Of a stretch of 64,000 bases of DNA, positions 55,425-63,858 are shown piece after piece (within the stretch, counting starts at the first letter, position 1; each line of letters begins with the position of its first letter). Position numbers and translations under genes: made by a program. Below the pieces are notes generated by a model. That model was not told the DNA's origin, did not search any database, and saw only the letters and a list, made by a program, of their open reading frames with translations. The stretch comes from a virus, in the IMG/VR virus record IMGVR_UViG_3300042560_001229, positions 17,220-81,219 of that record, one strand, 5' to 3'.

Positions 55425-56359
55425 GTGAACCAGTAAGACAACGACGCCGTGCAATCACGGCAGCAGGAGCAGGGGCGGCGGCGACCGCCTCCGGGCAATC
55501 CGGTGGAACGTGGGGCCGCAGGGGTTCCGCCATCGCAGCGGAAGCAGCCAAGGCGCAGGCCAGTGCTGAACGCAAACGCAGTGGAGCAGGCAGTGCGCTT
55601 CGCTTCTACGTCAAGGGAGGGGATGATTGCGAAATCATCATCCTCGATCATTCGATTGAGGACGGCCTCGCCTTCTACGAGCACAACCTGCAAGGCGCGG
55701 ACGGCAAGTGGGACATCTATGAGCCGTGCATTAAGGACTTCGCGCAGTGCCCGATCTGTGCCCGGTTCAAGGAGTCCTCCTACGTGCTGATGCTGACCTG
55801 CTTGGTGCTGAAACCCTTCACCACCAAAAAGGGCGTAGTCGTTCCGCATAGCAAAATGTTGCTGCCGGTTCGCATCACGCAGTTTGACAAGTTCCGCGAT
55901 CTGGAGGCATCGGCCAAGAGCGAAGGCGGTTCCTTGCGGGGCATGTATCTGATTATGAAACGCTCCAAGAGCGACAGCAAAGCGGCCCGCATTGGGGAGC
56001 CTGCCATGCTCGAAGGCGGCAAACTCTACGATCTGATTCCCGAAGCTGAGTTGGTTCGGGACTATGGCCACAAGGAAGTGCGTTCGGAGGATGGGACGAA
56101 GGTGTTCCGTCCCGCCAACTTCGACATCACGCCGTATGACTACGACGAGTTGTTCCCGAAGCCTGATGTTAAGGACATCCAAACCCGCTACGGTGCGGAC
56201 ATGCGCCCGCCCGCTGGTTCCGCCCGCGAAGTGGCGGCTGAGTTCGAGGAGAACGAGCAGAAGGAGCAGCCGGAGGAAACCGCCAAGCCTGCCGCTACGG
56301 TTCGCACTCGGCGCAAGGCGGCACCGACCGCTGACAGCAATCCCTTCCCGGAGGATTGA
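55421..56359 (+). CDS. Single-stranded DNA-binding protein (gp32-like)
   Basis: YEH..C..CPIC zinc motif, acidic tail NPFPED, replication context. Confidence 0.65.
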   Translation: MSEPVRQRRRAITAAGAGAAATASGQSGGTWGRRGSAIAAEAAKAQASAERKRSGAGSALRFYVKGGDDCEIIILDHSIEDGLAFYEHNLQGADGKWDIYEPCIKDFAQCPICARFKESSYVLMLTCLVLKPFTTKKGVVVPHSKMLLPVRITQFDKFRDLEASAKSEGGSLRGMYLIMKRSKSDSKAARIGEPAMLEGGKLYDLIPEAELVRDYGHKEVRSEDGTKVFRPANFDITPYDYDELFPKPDVKDIQTRYGADMRPPAGSAREVAAEFEENEQKEQPEETAKPAATVRTRRKAAPTADSNPFPED

Positions 56360-56371
56360 TACTGCCCGACC

Positions 56372-57778
56372 ATGAGTAATGCCCTTCACGGAAACTCCGC
56401 AGTGCTGTCCAGCCTGCTTTGGTTGCCCTTTGCCATGTTTGACCGTGAAACCGGAGACAGGCTGAGGAAGCGCCTAACTGTGACCGTGAAGGGCTATCAT
56501 GCGGATGACGAGGACAAGGTGATTAAGGGCTACGTGCTGAATCAGGAAACCCGGCAGATTGGCGTCCCTGTTCACTTTGGGATGCAACTGTTGCAAAGTC
56601 AGCCACGCGACGTTGTAGTGAATCTGGCCAACGGCTTCCCTATCTCTGTCCAGAAGCGACCAGACCCCAACCATCCAAGCGCCTCGCCCGCGCAGGGCTT
56701 GCTGATGAAGCAGGTAGTGCGGCACGCCTCCACAAATCCGGTGACACTGATAAAGGCACCGACCGGCAGTGGGAAGACAGTGGTAGCGTTGAACACCATT
56801 GCCGAGTTGGGACGAACCGCCTTGGTGATTGTCGGCACCAAGGTTTTGGCCCGTCAGTGGGAAAAGGAGGCCATGCTGCATCTTGGACTGACGGCTGACG
56901 AGATAGGCCATGTGGAGGAAGGCAAGTGCGTGTTTGAGGGCAAGAAGCTGGTTGTTGCCGTGGCGTGCAATTTGACGCAGAAAAACTTTAGTGAGTGGTT
57001 CTACGACTATTTTGGAACGGTGGTGTGGGACGAGGCGCACAGGCTTGGAGCAAAGCACTTCTCACGCACACTGACCATGTTTGCTGCCAAGACGCGCATC
57101 GCAATGACCGCCACCCCGACCCGACGCGATGGGGCCGAGCAGCTTTTTCTGGATTACTTCGGCGACCCCTCCGTGGAGGGCAGTGCTGATGCGCTGGAGT
57201 GCGATGTGCGAGTGGTCAATCGAAACACGGTGTTGAAGCAGTGGAAGTATTTGTCGGTGCCGTCCATCGTTTCCAAATTGACAACGGATAAGTTTCGTAA
57301 TATGGATATAGCCATGCTCATTCAGACGCTCTATCGCAGTGGCCGCACGACGCTGGTGTTATCCGACCGGATTCACCAGTTGCACGTCCTTATGGAGATG
57401 TGCGCCGAGGGTGAGAAGGCCATCCCCAAGGAAGTCATGGGATTGTTTGCCCGCCAGCGCGAAGTGGCCGGTGGCAAGCGCAAGCAAGTGACGAACGCTG
57501 AACTGGATGAAGTGAAGGCAAATGCCAAGGTGGTGTTCTCCACCTACGGCATGGGCAAGGAAGGTCTGGACATCCCGCGACTGGATGCCGGAATTGACGC
57601 CACTCCCCGAGCAGACGGTGTGCAGGCCATTGGCCGCATCCGCCGACCCTTTCCAAACAAGAAACGTCCTGTGTGGTTCACCATTCGGGATAACGGAATC
57701 CCGCCACTGATGGGCTACACCAAATCCCGGCTACGGGAGTATAAAGAAAGTAACGTGAACGTAATTGACCATGAGTAA
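56372..57778 (+). CDS. SF2 DEAH helicase (UvsW/XPB-like)
   Basis: APTGSGKT, DEAH, TATP.R.DG, EGLDIP.LD, QAIGRIRR. Confidence 0.92.
   Translation: MSNALHGNSAVLSSLLWLPFAMFDRETGDRLRKRLTVTVKGYHADDEDKVIKGYVLNQETRQIGVPVHFGMQLLQSQPRDVVVNLANGFPISVQKRPDPNHPSASPAQGLLMKQVVRHASTNPVTLIKAPTGSGKTVVALNTIAELGRTALVIVGTKVLARQWEKEAMLHLGLTADEIGHVEEGKCVFEGKKLVVAVACNLTQKNFSEWFYDYFGTVVWDEAHRLGAKHFSRTLTMFAAKTRIAMTATPTRRDGAEQLFLDYFGDPSVEGSADALECDVRVVNRNTVLKQWKYLSVPSIVSKLTTDKFRNMDIAMLIQTLYRSGRTTLVLSDRIHQLHVLMEMCAEGEKAIPKEVMGLFARQREVAGGKRKQVTNAELDEVKANAKVVFSTYGMGKEGLDIPRLDAGIDATPRADGVQAIGRIRRPFPNKKRPVWFTIRDNGIPPLMGYTKSRLREYKESNVNVIDHE
56581..56597. repeat. 17-bp palindromic dispersed repeat (intragenic)
   Basis: GATGCAACTGTTGCAAA. 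Confidence 0.85.
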
Positions 57779-58454
57779 GAAGCCCGCATCGCAAACAAGG
57801 AAGTGGTGGGTGGAGCGCAATGCTCGCCGCCGCGAACGCTACGCCAGTGACCCGACTTACAAGGCACAGGTGAACAAGACCAACCGGGGAAGTTACCGCA
57901 GGGTCAGCCCGGTGACACCCCACACAGCACTTCGGGGTTCCGATTTGTCCGCGCAAGGGACAACCCGCAAGGTGCAGACGCCTGCCGGTGAGCAGAAGAT
58001 GAAGACCTTCTCCGTTGAGGAGATGGCCACTGTCCTCGGCGGCTACCATACGGTTGTGCTGTATCGCTGGATTCGTGCTGAACGCTTTCCCAAGCCGACG
58101 CTGGCGACGGTGCCCGATGGCATGGCATCACAGATGGTCTATTGCTTCAACGATGCCCGAGTGCTGGCCAGAGTGATGGCCGAGCACCAGCGCGAGAAGG
58201 CCTACTTCCATTCCTCGGACTTTGAAACTGTTGCAAAACTGTTCGAGGCCGCAGCGCAACCAATTCCGAAAGCCACGCAGTCCGCGCTGGCGATCATTAA
58301 GAGCAAGAGCAAACCAACCAACACCGATGCAGACACCAACAAGAGTAAGACAGAGAACCAAGCAGCAGGGCAACGAAGGGTCAGTAACCAAAGCCGTGGA
58401 GCGAAAAGTCTCCGGCAAGGTAACGTCCAGCGAAAGCACAACGGAAAAGTTTAA
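57765..58454 (+). CDS. Putative DNA-binding protein (MerR/excisionase-like HTH)
   Basis: FSVEEMATVLG..VLYRWIRAERFPKP. Confidence 0.55.
   Translation: MTMSKKPASQTRKWWVERNARRRERYASDPTYKAQVNKTNRGSYRRVSPVTPHTALRGSDLSAQGTTRKVQTPAGEQKMKTFSVEEMATVLGGYHTVVLYRWIRAERFPKPTLATVPDGMASQMVYCFNDARVLARVMAEHQREKAYFHSSDFETVAKLFEAAAQPIPKATQSALAIIKSKSKPTNTDADTNKSKTENQAAGQRRVSNQSRGAKSLRQGNVQRKHNGKV
58221..58237. repeat. 17-bp palindromic dispersed repeat (intragenic)
   Basis: TTTGAAACTGTTGCAAA. Confidence 0.95.
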
Positions 58455-58665
58455 GGGCACCGACTGCCTCAACCCCGCCTATGTTGGCGTGATGGGCAGC
58501 GTGACCAAGAACCTCGGCAACTACGAAGCCGTCCGCGTTCAAGTCAGCATCTCCCTACCCTGCGAGAGCGATGAAGCCTCAGTCCGCAAGACCTTCGACA
58601 AAGCCTCCGAAATGGTGGACGAGTTCGTGGGAATCGAACTGGAAAACGCGGGGGTGAAGAAGTGA
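58327..58665 (+). CDS. Conserved phage hypothetical protein (start uncertain)
   Basis: TKNLGNYEAVRVQVSISLPC motif. Confidence 0.6.
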   Translation: MQTPTRVRQRTKQQGNEGSVTKAVERKVSGKVTSSESTTEKFKGTDCLNPAYVGVMGSVTKNLGNYEAVRVQVSISLPCESDEASVRKTFDKASEMVDEFVGIELENAGVKK

Positions 58666-59804
58666 GTCGCCAACGCAAGAAGGCGGCAGCTACCGATGAG
58701 GCACCCGCCCCGAAGTATGCCACTGAACTGGACGCCGTGTTTGCCGACATAGGAAAGCACATGGGCGAGGAGATGGTGATGGATGCCAGCAAACTGCCAC
58801 CGTGCAACCATATCCCTACCGGCTCGTTCATGCTGGACTTGGCCACGCTGGGTGGGATGCCCGAAGGATTCCCGGCCATGTTCTATGGCTACGAATCGAG
58901 CGGGAAAACAACCATCATCAAGAAGATCGTCGGTGAGTTCCAGAAGAAGTATCCGCAGAAGAAGGCTGTGTGGGTGGACACCGAAGGTATGTTCGACGCG
59001 GCATGGGCCAAGCAGCTTGGTGTGGATACGTCCTCCCTAAAGCTGGCGCGGCCCGAGAACGGTCAGCAGGCCGTGGACATCATTGATGCCGTGGTGGGTG
59101 CGTGGGAGACTGGTCTGGTGGTTCTGGACTCCGTTCCGTCCTGTGTCTCCAAGGCCATTTTGGATAAGTCCGCTGATGATGACACCATGACGGAGTTGGC
59201 GCGGCTGATGGGCAAGCTGTGCAGCAAGCTGGCCATGTCCTTCAACCGGGAAAGGAAGCGGGGGCACCATGTCACCTTCCTCTACACGAATCAGTGGCGG
59301 GGTAAGCCGGGAGTGATGTTTGGCGACCCACGCACGCTGCCCGGTGGACGCCAGATCAACCATATATGCACGACCAAGCTGGAGGTGAAGAACGCCGAGG
59401 AGATGGGAAAAGACAAGCACGACATTGAGGTAGTGGAGTTCAATCAGCACTCGTTCAAAATCACCAAGGCCAAGCATGGTGCGTCGGTGCGGAGCGGCGA
59501 GTTCCGCATGATGATTAACCCCGACAATGACAAGGGACTGCCACAGGGGTCTTACAGCGATGCCGATACGATGGTGGTCTATGGGAAGAAGATGGGTCTG
59601 ATTACCGGAGGCGGCTCGTCATGGAAGATTGATGACAACGACACGAAGTTCGCCAAGCTGGTGGACATCGAGACTTACTTGCGGGAGAACGCCGCCGCCT
59701 ACCTTTCACTCAAGCAAGCGATTGTCGCCATGCAGCGGGTGGACAAAGGACTGCCAGCACTGCCGCCTGATGGCTATTTGTTTGACTGGTGTGCCATCGC
59801 TTAG
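58662..59804 (+). CDS. recA: RecA-like recombinase
   Basis: IPTGSFMLDLA.LGG.P.G, GYESSGKTT, VDTEG, VVLDSV, NQWR, GDP..PGG. Confidence 0.92.
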   Translation: MSRQRKKAAATDEAPAPKYATELDAVFADIGKHMGEEMVMDASKLPPCNHIPTGSFMLDLATLGGMPEGFPAMFYGYESSGKTTIIKKIVGEFQKKYPQKKAVWVDTEGMFDAAWAKQLGVDTSSLKLARPENGQQAVDIIDAVVGAWETGLVVLDSVPSCVSKAILDKSADDDTMTELARLMGKLCSKLAMSFNRERKRGHHVTFLYTNQWRGKPGVMFGDPRTLPGGRQINHICTTKLEVKNAEEMGKDKHDIEVVEFNQHSFKITKAKHGASVRSGEFRMMINPDNDKGLPQGSYSDADTMVVYGKKMGLITGGGSSWKIDDNDTKFAKLVDIETYLRENAAAYLSLKQAIVAMQRVDKGLPALPPDGYLFDWCAIA

Positions 59805-59819
59805 GACAAACTCCCAAGT

Positions 59820-60272
59820 GTGCCCTCCTACGCCAAACGGAAGAAGCGTGAGCTATGCGCTACCAAGTATTGCCGCAATCCGCGCAGTGCAACCAGAGGA
59901 AGGATGTGCCATAAGTGCAGGATGCGTAAGTGGAGGGCCAGCAAACCGATTCGTGCCTACTACCGGATGGTCGTTGACCACGCCAAGACGCGGAAAATCA
60001 AGGTGCTTTGCACCTACGAGGAATTTGCAGCATGGGCGATTGAGAAAGGCTTGTTCAGCAAGGATGGTGTCAGGGACAAGGATAAGACCATTGATCGAAA
60101 GGATGGTGCTGGGCCGTATGCCATCTGGAATCTGGATGTGCTCACCCTTGCTGAGAACGTCGCCAAGGGCAACAAGGAGAGGCACTATCCGGCTTACAGG
60201 GAAAATCGCTGGGTCGGTGATGAAGGATGCAAGACGATGGCCATGCTGGATGACAACGGCGACCCGTTCTGA
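59820..60272 (+). CDS. Putative HNH-like endonuclease
   Basis: CxxxxC..CxxC; TIDRKD..Y..N..LT..EN..KGN. Confidence 0.65.
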   Translation: MPSYAKRKKRELCATKYCRNPRSATRGRMCHKCRMRKWRASKPIRAYYRMVVDHAKTRKIKVLCTYEEFAAWAIEKGLFSKDGVRDKDKTIDRKDGAGPYAIWNLDVLTLAENVAKGNKERHYPAYRENRWVGDEGCKTMAMLDDNGDPF

Positions 60273-60275
60273 CCT

Positions 60276-60635
60276 ATGCTGAAACTTCCCAAGAGCAAGC
60301 AGCAGCATCCGTCCATTCACCGCTCCAAGATGCAGGAAAAGGAACTGGCCTATCGTGTTGGTGGAAGAAAGACCATAGCCTCCGGTGCCCTCGACGTGAA
60401 GGGGGACGTGCGAAAGAAACGGGTGATGCGGATTGAGGCTAAGACCACCCAAGCCAAGAGCTTCTCCGTAACCCTCGACATGGTGCGGAAGATAGAGGAA
60501 GCCGCCCTAGCCACCAATGAGTTGCCGGTGATCGTGGTGGAGTTCAACCGCAAAGGCAAGCCCATCGCGGAGTTGTGCGTGGTGCCGAAGTATGTGCTGG
60601 AGATGATAGCTGAATGGGTGGAGGCTAAGGCATGA
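60276..60635 (+). CDS. PD-(D/E)XK nuclease / Holliday junction resolvase-like
   Basis: E..LA..SGA..KGDVR..IEAKTT..SFSV. Confidence 0.75.
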   Translation: MLKLPKSKQQHPSIHRSKMQEKELAYRVGGRKTIASGALDVKGDVRKKRVMRIEAKTTQAKSFSVTLDMVRKIEEAALATNELPVIVVEFNRKGKPIAELCVVPKYVLEMIAEWVEAKA

Positions 60636-61495
60636 ATCTGTTAAACCGACTGGAAGGCAAAGCCAGAAGACGCAGCACGCAGGAGGATTCGCTGCCTGCC
60701 TTTGCCAAGGAGTTCCTAACCGAGATTATTCGTGGGCAGGATGAGCAGCCCGAGGATGCCCGAGGGGTTGGCGGGTATGTGCATGTGACCGCACTGCTGG
60801 ACTTCTGCCCCCGCCTGTGGAGCCTTGTGGCCGAGGATACCAGCAACCGGCCCAACCTGCCCAAGAGTGCTGACCGTGTAATGTGGGCCATTGGTCGTGC
60901 GCTGGAGCATCACGTTAGGACGCAGATCATTGCGGCGGTTGGACGCAAGGCCGTCTATGGTTTGTGGAAGTGCCCCTGTGGTGGAACTGAGGTTATGGGT
61001 CTTGGCAACTCGGCAACTTGCAACAGTTGCAAAAAAGAGCCTTCCATCTTCCATGAGGTTCCGGTGTTTGACCATGAGTTGCAGATTACCGGCAGTCCCG
61101 ACTTGCTGCTGGTGCATGGTGGCGGCTTCCGCGTGGTGGAAATCAAAAGCATGAACAAGAAGGACTTCGACCTTCTGCAAGCCCCGGTGCCAAACCATGT
61201 GTTCCAAGTGAACAGCTACCGGAAGATGCTGCTGGCCACTGGTGCGAAGGTCTGCGAGGAGGCGATCATCATGTATGTGGCCAAGGACTACTCGTTCAAG
61301 TCCCCCTATAAGGAGTTCCATGTTCTGCCGGATGACCAGATGTTGGCCATCAATTCCATGTTCGAGCAGGTGCGTCTGATGCGGCAGAGCGGCAGTGCTG
61401 GCCAACTCCCTCCAAAGCTGCCCGTTTGTGCGAACATTGATTCGCCAATGGCTCGACGTTGCCCGCAAGCTGTCAACTGCTTTTCCCGCCGATGA
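60632..61495 (+). CDS. Cas4-like PD-(D/E)XK exonuclease
   Basis: CPR, G..H, GSPD, EIKS, Q..Y, terminal C..CP..C. Confidence 0.78.
   Translation: MNLLNRLEGKARRRSTQEDSLPAFAKEFLTEIIRGQDEQPEDARGVGGYVHVTALLDFCPRLWSLVAEDTSNRPNLPKSADRVMWAIGRALEHHVRTQIIAAVGRKAVYGLWKCPCGGTEVMGLGNSATCNSCKKEPSIFHEVPVFDHELQITGSPDLLLVHGGGFRVVEIKSMNKKDFDLLQAPVPNHVFQVNSYRKMLLATGAKVCEEAIIMYVAKDYSFKSPYKEFHVLPDDQMLAINSMFEQVRLMRQSGSAGQLPPKLPVCANIDSPMARRCPQAVNCFSRR
61017..61033. repeat. 17-bp palindromic dispersed repeat (intragenic)
   Basis: CTTGCAACAGTTGCAAA, encodes CNSCK. Confidence 0.9.
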
Positions 61496-61502
61496 CCAAT
61501 TT

Positions 61503-61748
61503 ATGAAGCCCATCCCATTCCCTGAGCAGACGGTGACGTATGCCAAGAACCAACCCCAATACAATCCACTGCCCGCCTACCGGGAACAGACTGCCGAGGG
61601 CCGCGTGGTGTTCTGCTGGCAGCTTACTTGGAAGGAGCGACTGCGCGTGCTTCTCGGTGGCGTGGTCTGGCAGGAAGTGCTGACTTTCAACCAGCCGCTC
61701 CAGCCGCAGTTGCTTGGGGTGGACAAACCGGAGATGACCAAGCCATGA
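61503..61748 (+). CDS. Conserved phage hypothetical protein
   Basis: MKPIPFPEQ..AKNQPQY.PLPA..CWQLTWKERL..PLQP. Confidence 0.75.
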   Translation: MKPIPFPEQTVTYAKNQPQYNPLPAYREQTAEGRVVFCWQLTWKERLRVLLGGVVWQEVLTFNQPLQPQLLGVDKPEMTKP

Positions 61749-62215
61749 AGACCTATCCTGCTTGGACACGCCCCGGTGGTGGCACCTTCATCCACGCCCC
61801 CGAGTGGCTGGGCTTCGTCTATCTTATCACCGCCCCATCCGGCATGAAGTATGTAGGCAAGAAACTGTTCCGCTCGGCTATTCGTCGCAAGCCCCTCAAA
61901 GGCACCAAGCGCGTGCGGCTCGACCACAAGGAGTCTGACTGGCGGAAGTATTTCGGCTCGTCCAAGGAATTGCTGGCGGAACTGTCGCGGACGAACCCGA
62001 TGCACTGGAAGCGGGAGATTCTTCACCTTTGCACGTCCAAATGGGCGATGGCCTATTTAGAGTTGAAGGAGCAGATGGCGAGGGATGTCCTGATGCGGGA
62101 GGACTACTTCAACGGCATCCTCCATATCCGGCTGGGAAAACCGAACGCGGCCACGGCTAGGGAGTGCGGTTTGCTCCCTCCTACCAGAATCCGCACCAAG
62201 GCGATTCCCTCTTAG
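61745..62215 (+). CDS. GIY-YIG-family endonuclease-like protein
   Basis: GFVYLIT..KYVGKK..YFGSS..REIL..E. Confidence 0.78.
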   Translation: MKTYPAWTRPGGGTFIHAPEWLGFVYLITAPSGMKYVGKKLFRSAIRRKPLKGTKRVRLDHKESDWRKYFGSSKELLAELSRTNPMHWKREILHLCTSKWAMAYLELKEQMARDVLMREDYFNGILHIRLGKPNAATARECGLLPPTRIRTKAIPS

Positions 62216-62227
62216 AAATGAACTATT

Positions 62228-62298
62228 TTTGCAACTGTTGCAAAAATTGCTTGCCCACGAAACGGTTCTGGCCCAAGTTGCCGTTAATGAAATCCACC
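62228..62298 (+). promoter_or_regulatory. Early-type promoter cassette with an 18-aa MKST uORF
   Basis: Palindrome 62228-62244, TTGCCC-ACGAAAC, CAAGTT, ATGAAATCCACC 62287 (stop at 62343). Confidence 0.75.
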
Positions 62299-62356
62299 AC
62301 CATTCAGGTGTCTGGACGATTCAGACACGCAAATCGCAAATAGAACCAATCGCAAC

Positions 62357-63544
62357 ATGAGCAAGAGCACCAAAGCGGCCAAGGCCGCACCCGCAAAATC
62401 CACCAAGGCCGCACCCGCTGCTGCCTCCACCGAAACCACCTTTGCCCCGAAAGAGGGCGACACGGTGACGTTCAAGGGCTACGCCCAACTCGAAGACGGG
62501 CAGGAGCCTATCTTCACCGCAGGCGAGCAAGTCCGCATCGTAACGGTCGTGGACGCCGAAACCTTCCAGTGCGTCAGTCTGACTGACCCGAAGAAGACCG
62601 ATTCGGCTTTCGACACCGAAATCGCTCCGGCGTCCGACACTGCCGCTGCCGAAACCACGGCCCCGGCCAATGGTGGCAAGGTCAAGTTGAAGAAAGGCGC
62701 AGCCCCGGCCCCTGCCGACGCCCCTCCGGCTGAGGGCAAGAAGCCCAAGTCCACGAAGGAGAAGGCCAAGGCCAAAGCCAAGGCCGAGAAGAAGGAGGAC
62801 GAACTCCAGCCGCTCGCGCCCGAGGCGTATGACGCCGAAACCCGCAAGGTCATCAAGACCGATGCCTCCGCGCTCAAGGCCGCGAAGTCTCTGGCCGAAA
62901 AGATCAAGGAGACGTTCTGGACGCTCGGCGGCGTCCTCTCCTTCATCCGGCGTCACAAGTCGTATGCGACCATCGAAGTGGATGGCGTCACTCCCTACTC
63001 CGGCAAGCAAGGCTTCGCTCAGTATGTCGAAGCTGAACTGGACACGCACTACCGGAAGGCCATGTATTACATCGAGATTTACGAAACCTTCGCCCCGCTG
63101 GGTATCAGCGAGGAGCAGGTGCTCGCCCTCGGATGGAGCAAGGCCAAGGAACTGTGCGGCGTCGTCAACGCCAAGAACGTGGAGAAGTGGCTCAAGAAAG
63201 CCAACGAGCTTGGCCGTGAAGACTTGCAGGCGGAAATCAAATCCGTTCGAGTCAAGGCTGGCGACACCGGCACCACCGACCCCGGTGAGACGGCCAAGGC
63301 GACCACGTTCAAGTTCCGCCTGTTTGAAGATCAGGGGCAAGTCGTGCAGGAGGCACTCAAAGCGGCCTCGGCGGTCATCGGTGACGACGACCTGAACAAG
63401 GCGTTCGCGCACATCGCAACGGAGTGGCTGACCCTCCAAGGTGGTTCTGCCAAGGTTGGAATTGAGCAGGCGTTTGCCGCGCTGGAAAACTCCTACGGCC
63501 TCGCGGAAGTCTCCGGTTACGCCCGGATGCAGTATAAGAAGTAA
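62357..63544 (+). CDS. Probably highly expressed DNA-binding protein (Ala/Lys-rich N-terminus, DUF3102/ParB-HTH-like core)
   Basis: KAAKAAPAK repeats; FWTLGGVL..F.QYVEAEL..YRKAMYYIEIY..LGWSKAKEL; strong codon bias. Confidence 0.6.
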   Translation: MSKSTKAAKAAPAKSTKAAPAAASTETTFAPKEGDTVTFKGYAQLEDGQEPIFTAGEQVRIVTVVDAETFQCVSLTDPKKTDSAFDTEIAPASDTAAAETTAPANGGKVKLKKGAAPAPADAPPAEGKKPKSTKEKAKAKAKAEKKEDELQPLAPEAYDAETRKVIKTDASALKAAKSLAEKIKETFWTLGGVLSFIRRHKSYATIEVDGVTPYSGKQGFAQYVEAELDTHYRKAMYYIEIYETFAPLGISEEQVLALGWSKAKELCGVVNAKNVEKWLKKANELGREDLQAEIKSVRVKAGDTGTTDPGETAKATTFKFRLFEDQGQVVQEALKAASAVIGDDDLNKAFAHIATEWLTLQGGSAKVGIEQAFAALENSYGLAEVSGYARMQYKK

Positions 63545-63570
63545 GTCCGACTTACCACCGGCACAGGAAT

Positions 63571-63602
63571 GCCCTCACCGTCTTCGGCGGTGGGGGCTTT
63601 TT
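63571..63602 (+). terminator. Rho-independent terminator
   Basis: GCCCTCACCG-TCTTCGG-CGGTGGGGGC followed by TTTTT. Confidence 0.85.
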
Positions 63603-63766
63603 CCTGCCCTGATTCCTCCCGGCTTACGACCCAAAAAGGCCACCAAGAAGGGACTCACCAGTGGCCATAAACGGGCTATACGTTGCGCTGACCCCATTCC
63701 TCACCACTCACCTTCCCCGCTCCACAAACGAAGGTTTCCCGAGATTCTCACGACCCGAATTTTTCG

Positions 63767-63858
63767 CCTCTTATGGGCAAACTTTTTGCACTTTGTTGCA
63801 AAATAATCGTTGACGACGAATCGGTTCTGCCCCATATTGGTGGCATATGAAATCCATC
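63767..63858 (+). promoter_or_regulatory. Early-type promoter cassette
   Basis: Variant palindrome 63785-63802, TTGACG-ACGAATC 63810, CATATT, ATGAAATCCATC 63847 (29-aa ORF ending at 63936). Confidence 0.8.

Noticed and set aside
60632-61495. Cas4-like gene as evidence of CRISPR-Cas
   Set aside because: Solo Cas4-like exonucleases are common in phage recombination modules; no cas1, cas2 or array is present
1235-63802. Palindromic repeat as a CRISPR array
   Set aside because: Copies are 17 bp, about 0.5-7 kb apart and often intragenic; there is no repeat-spacer periodicity and no cas operon
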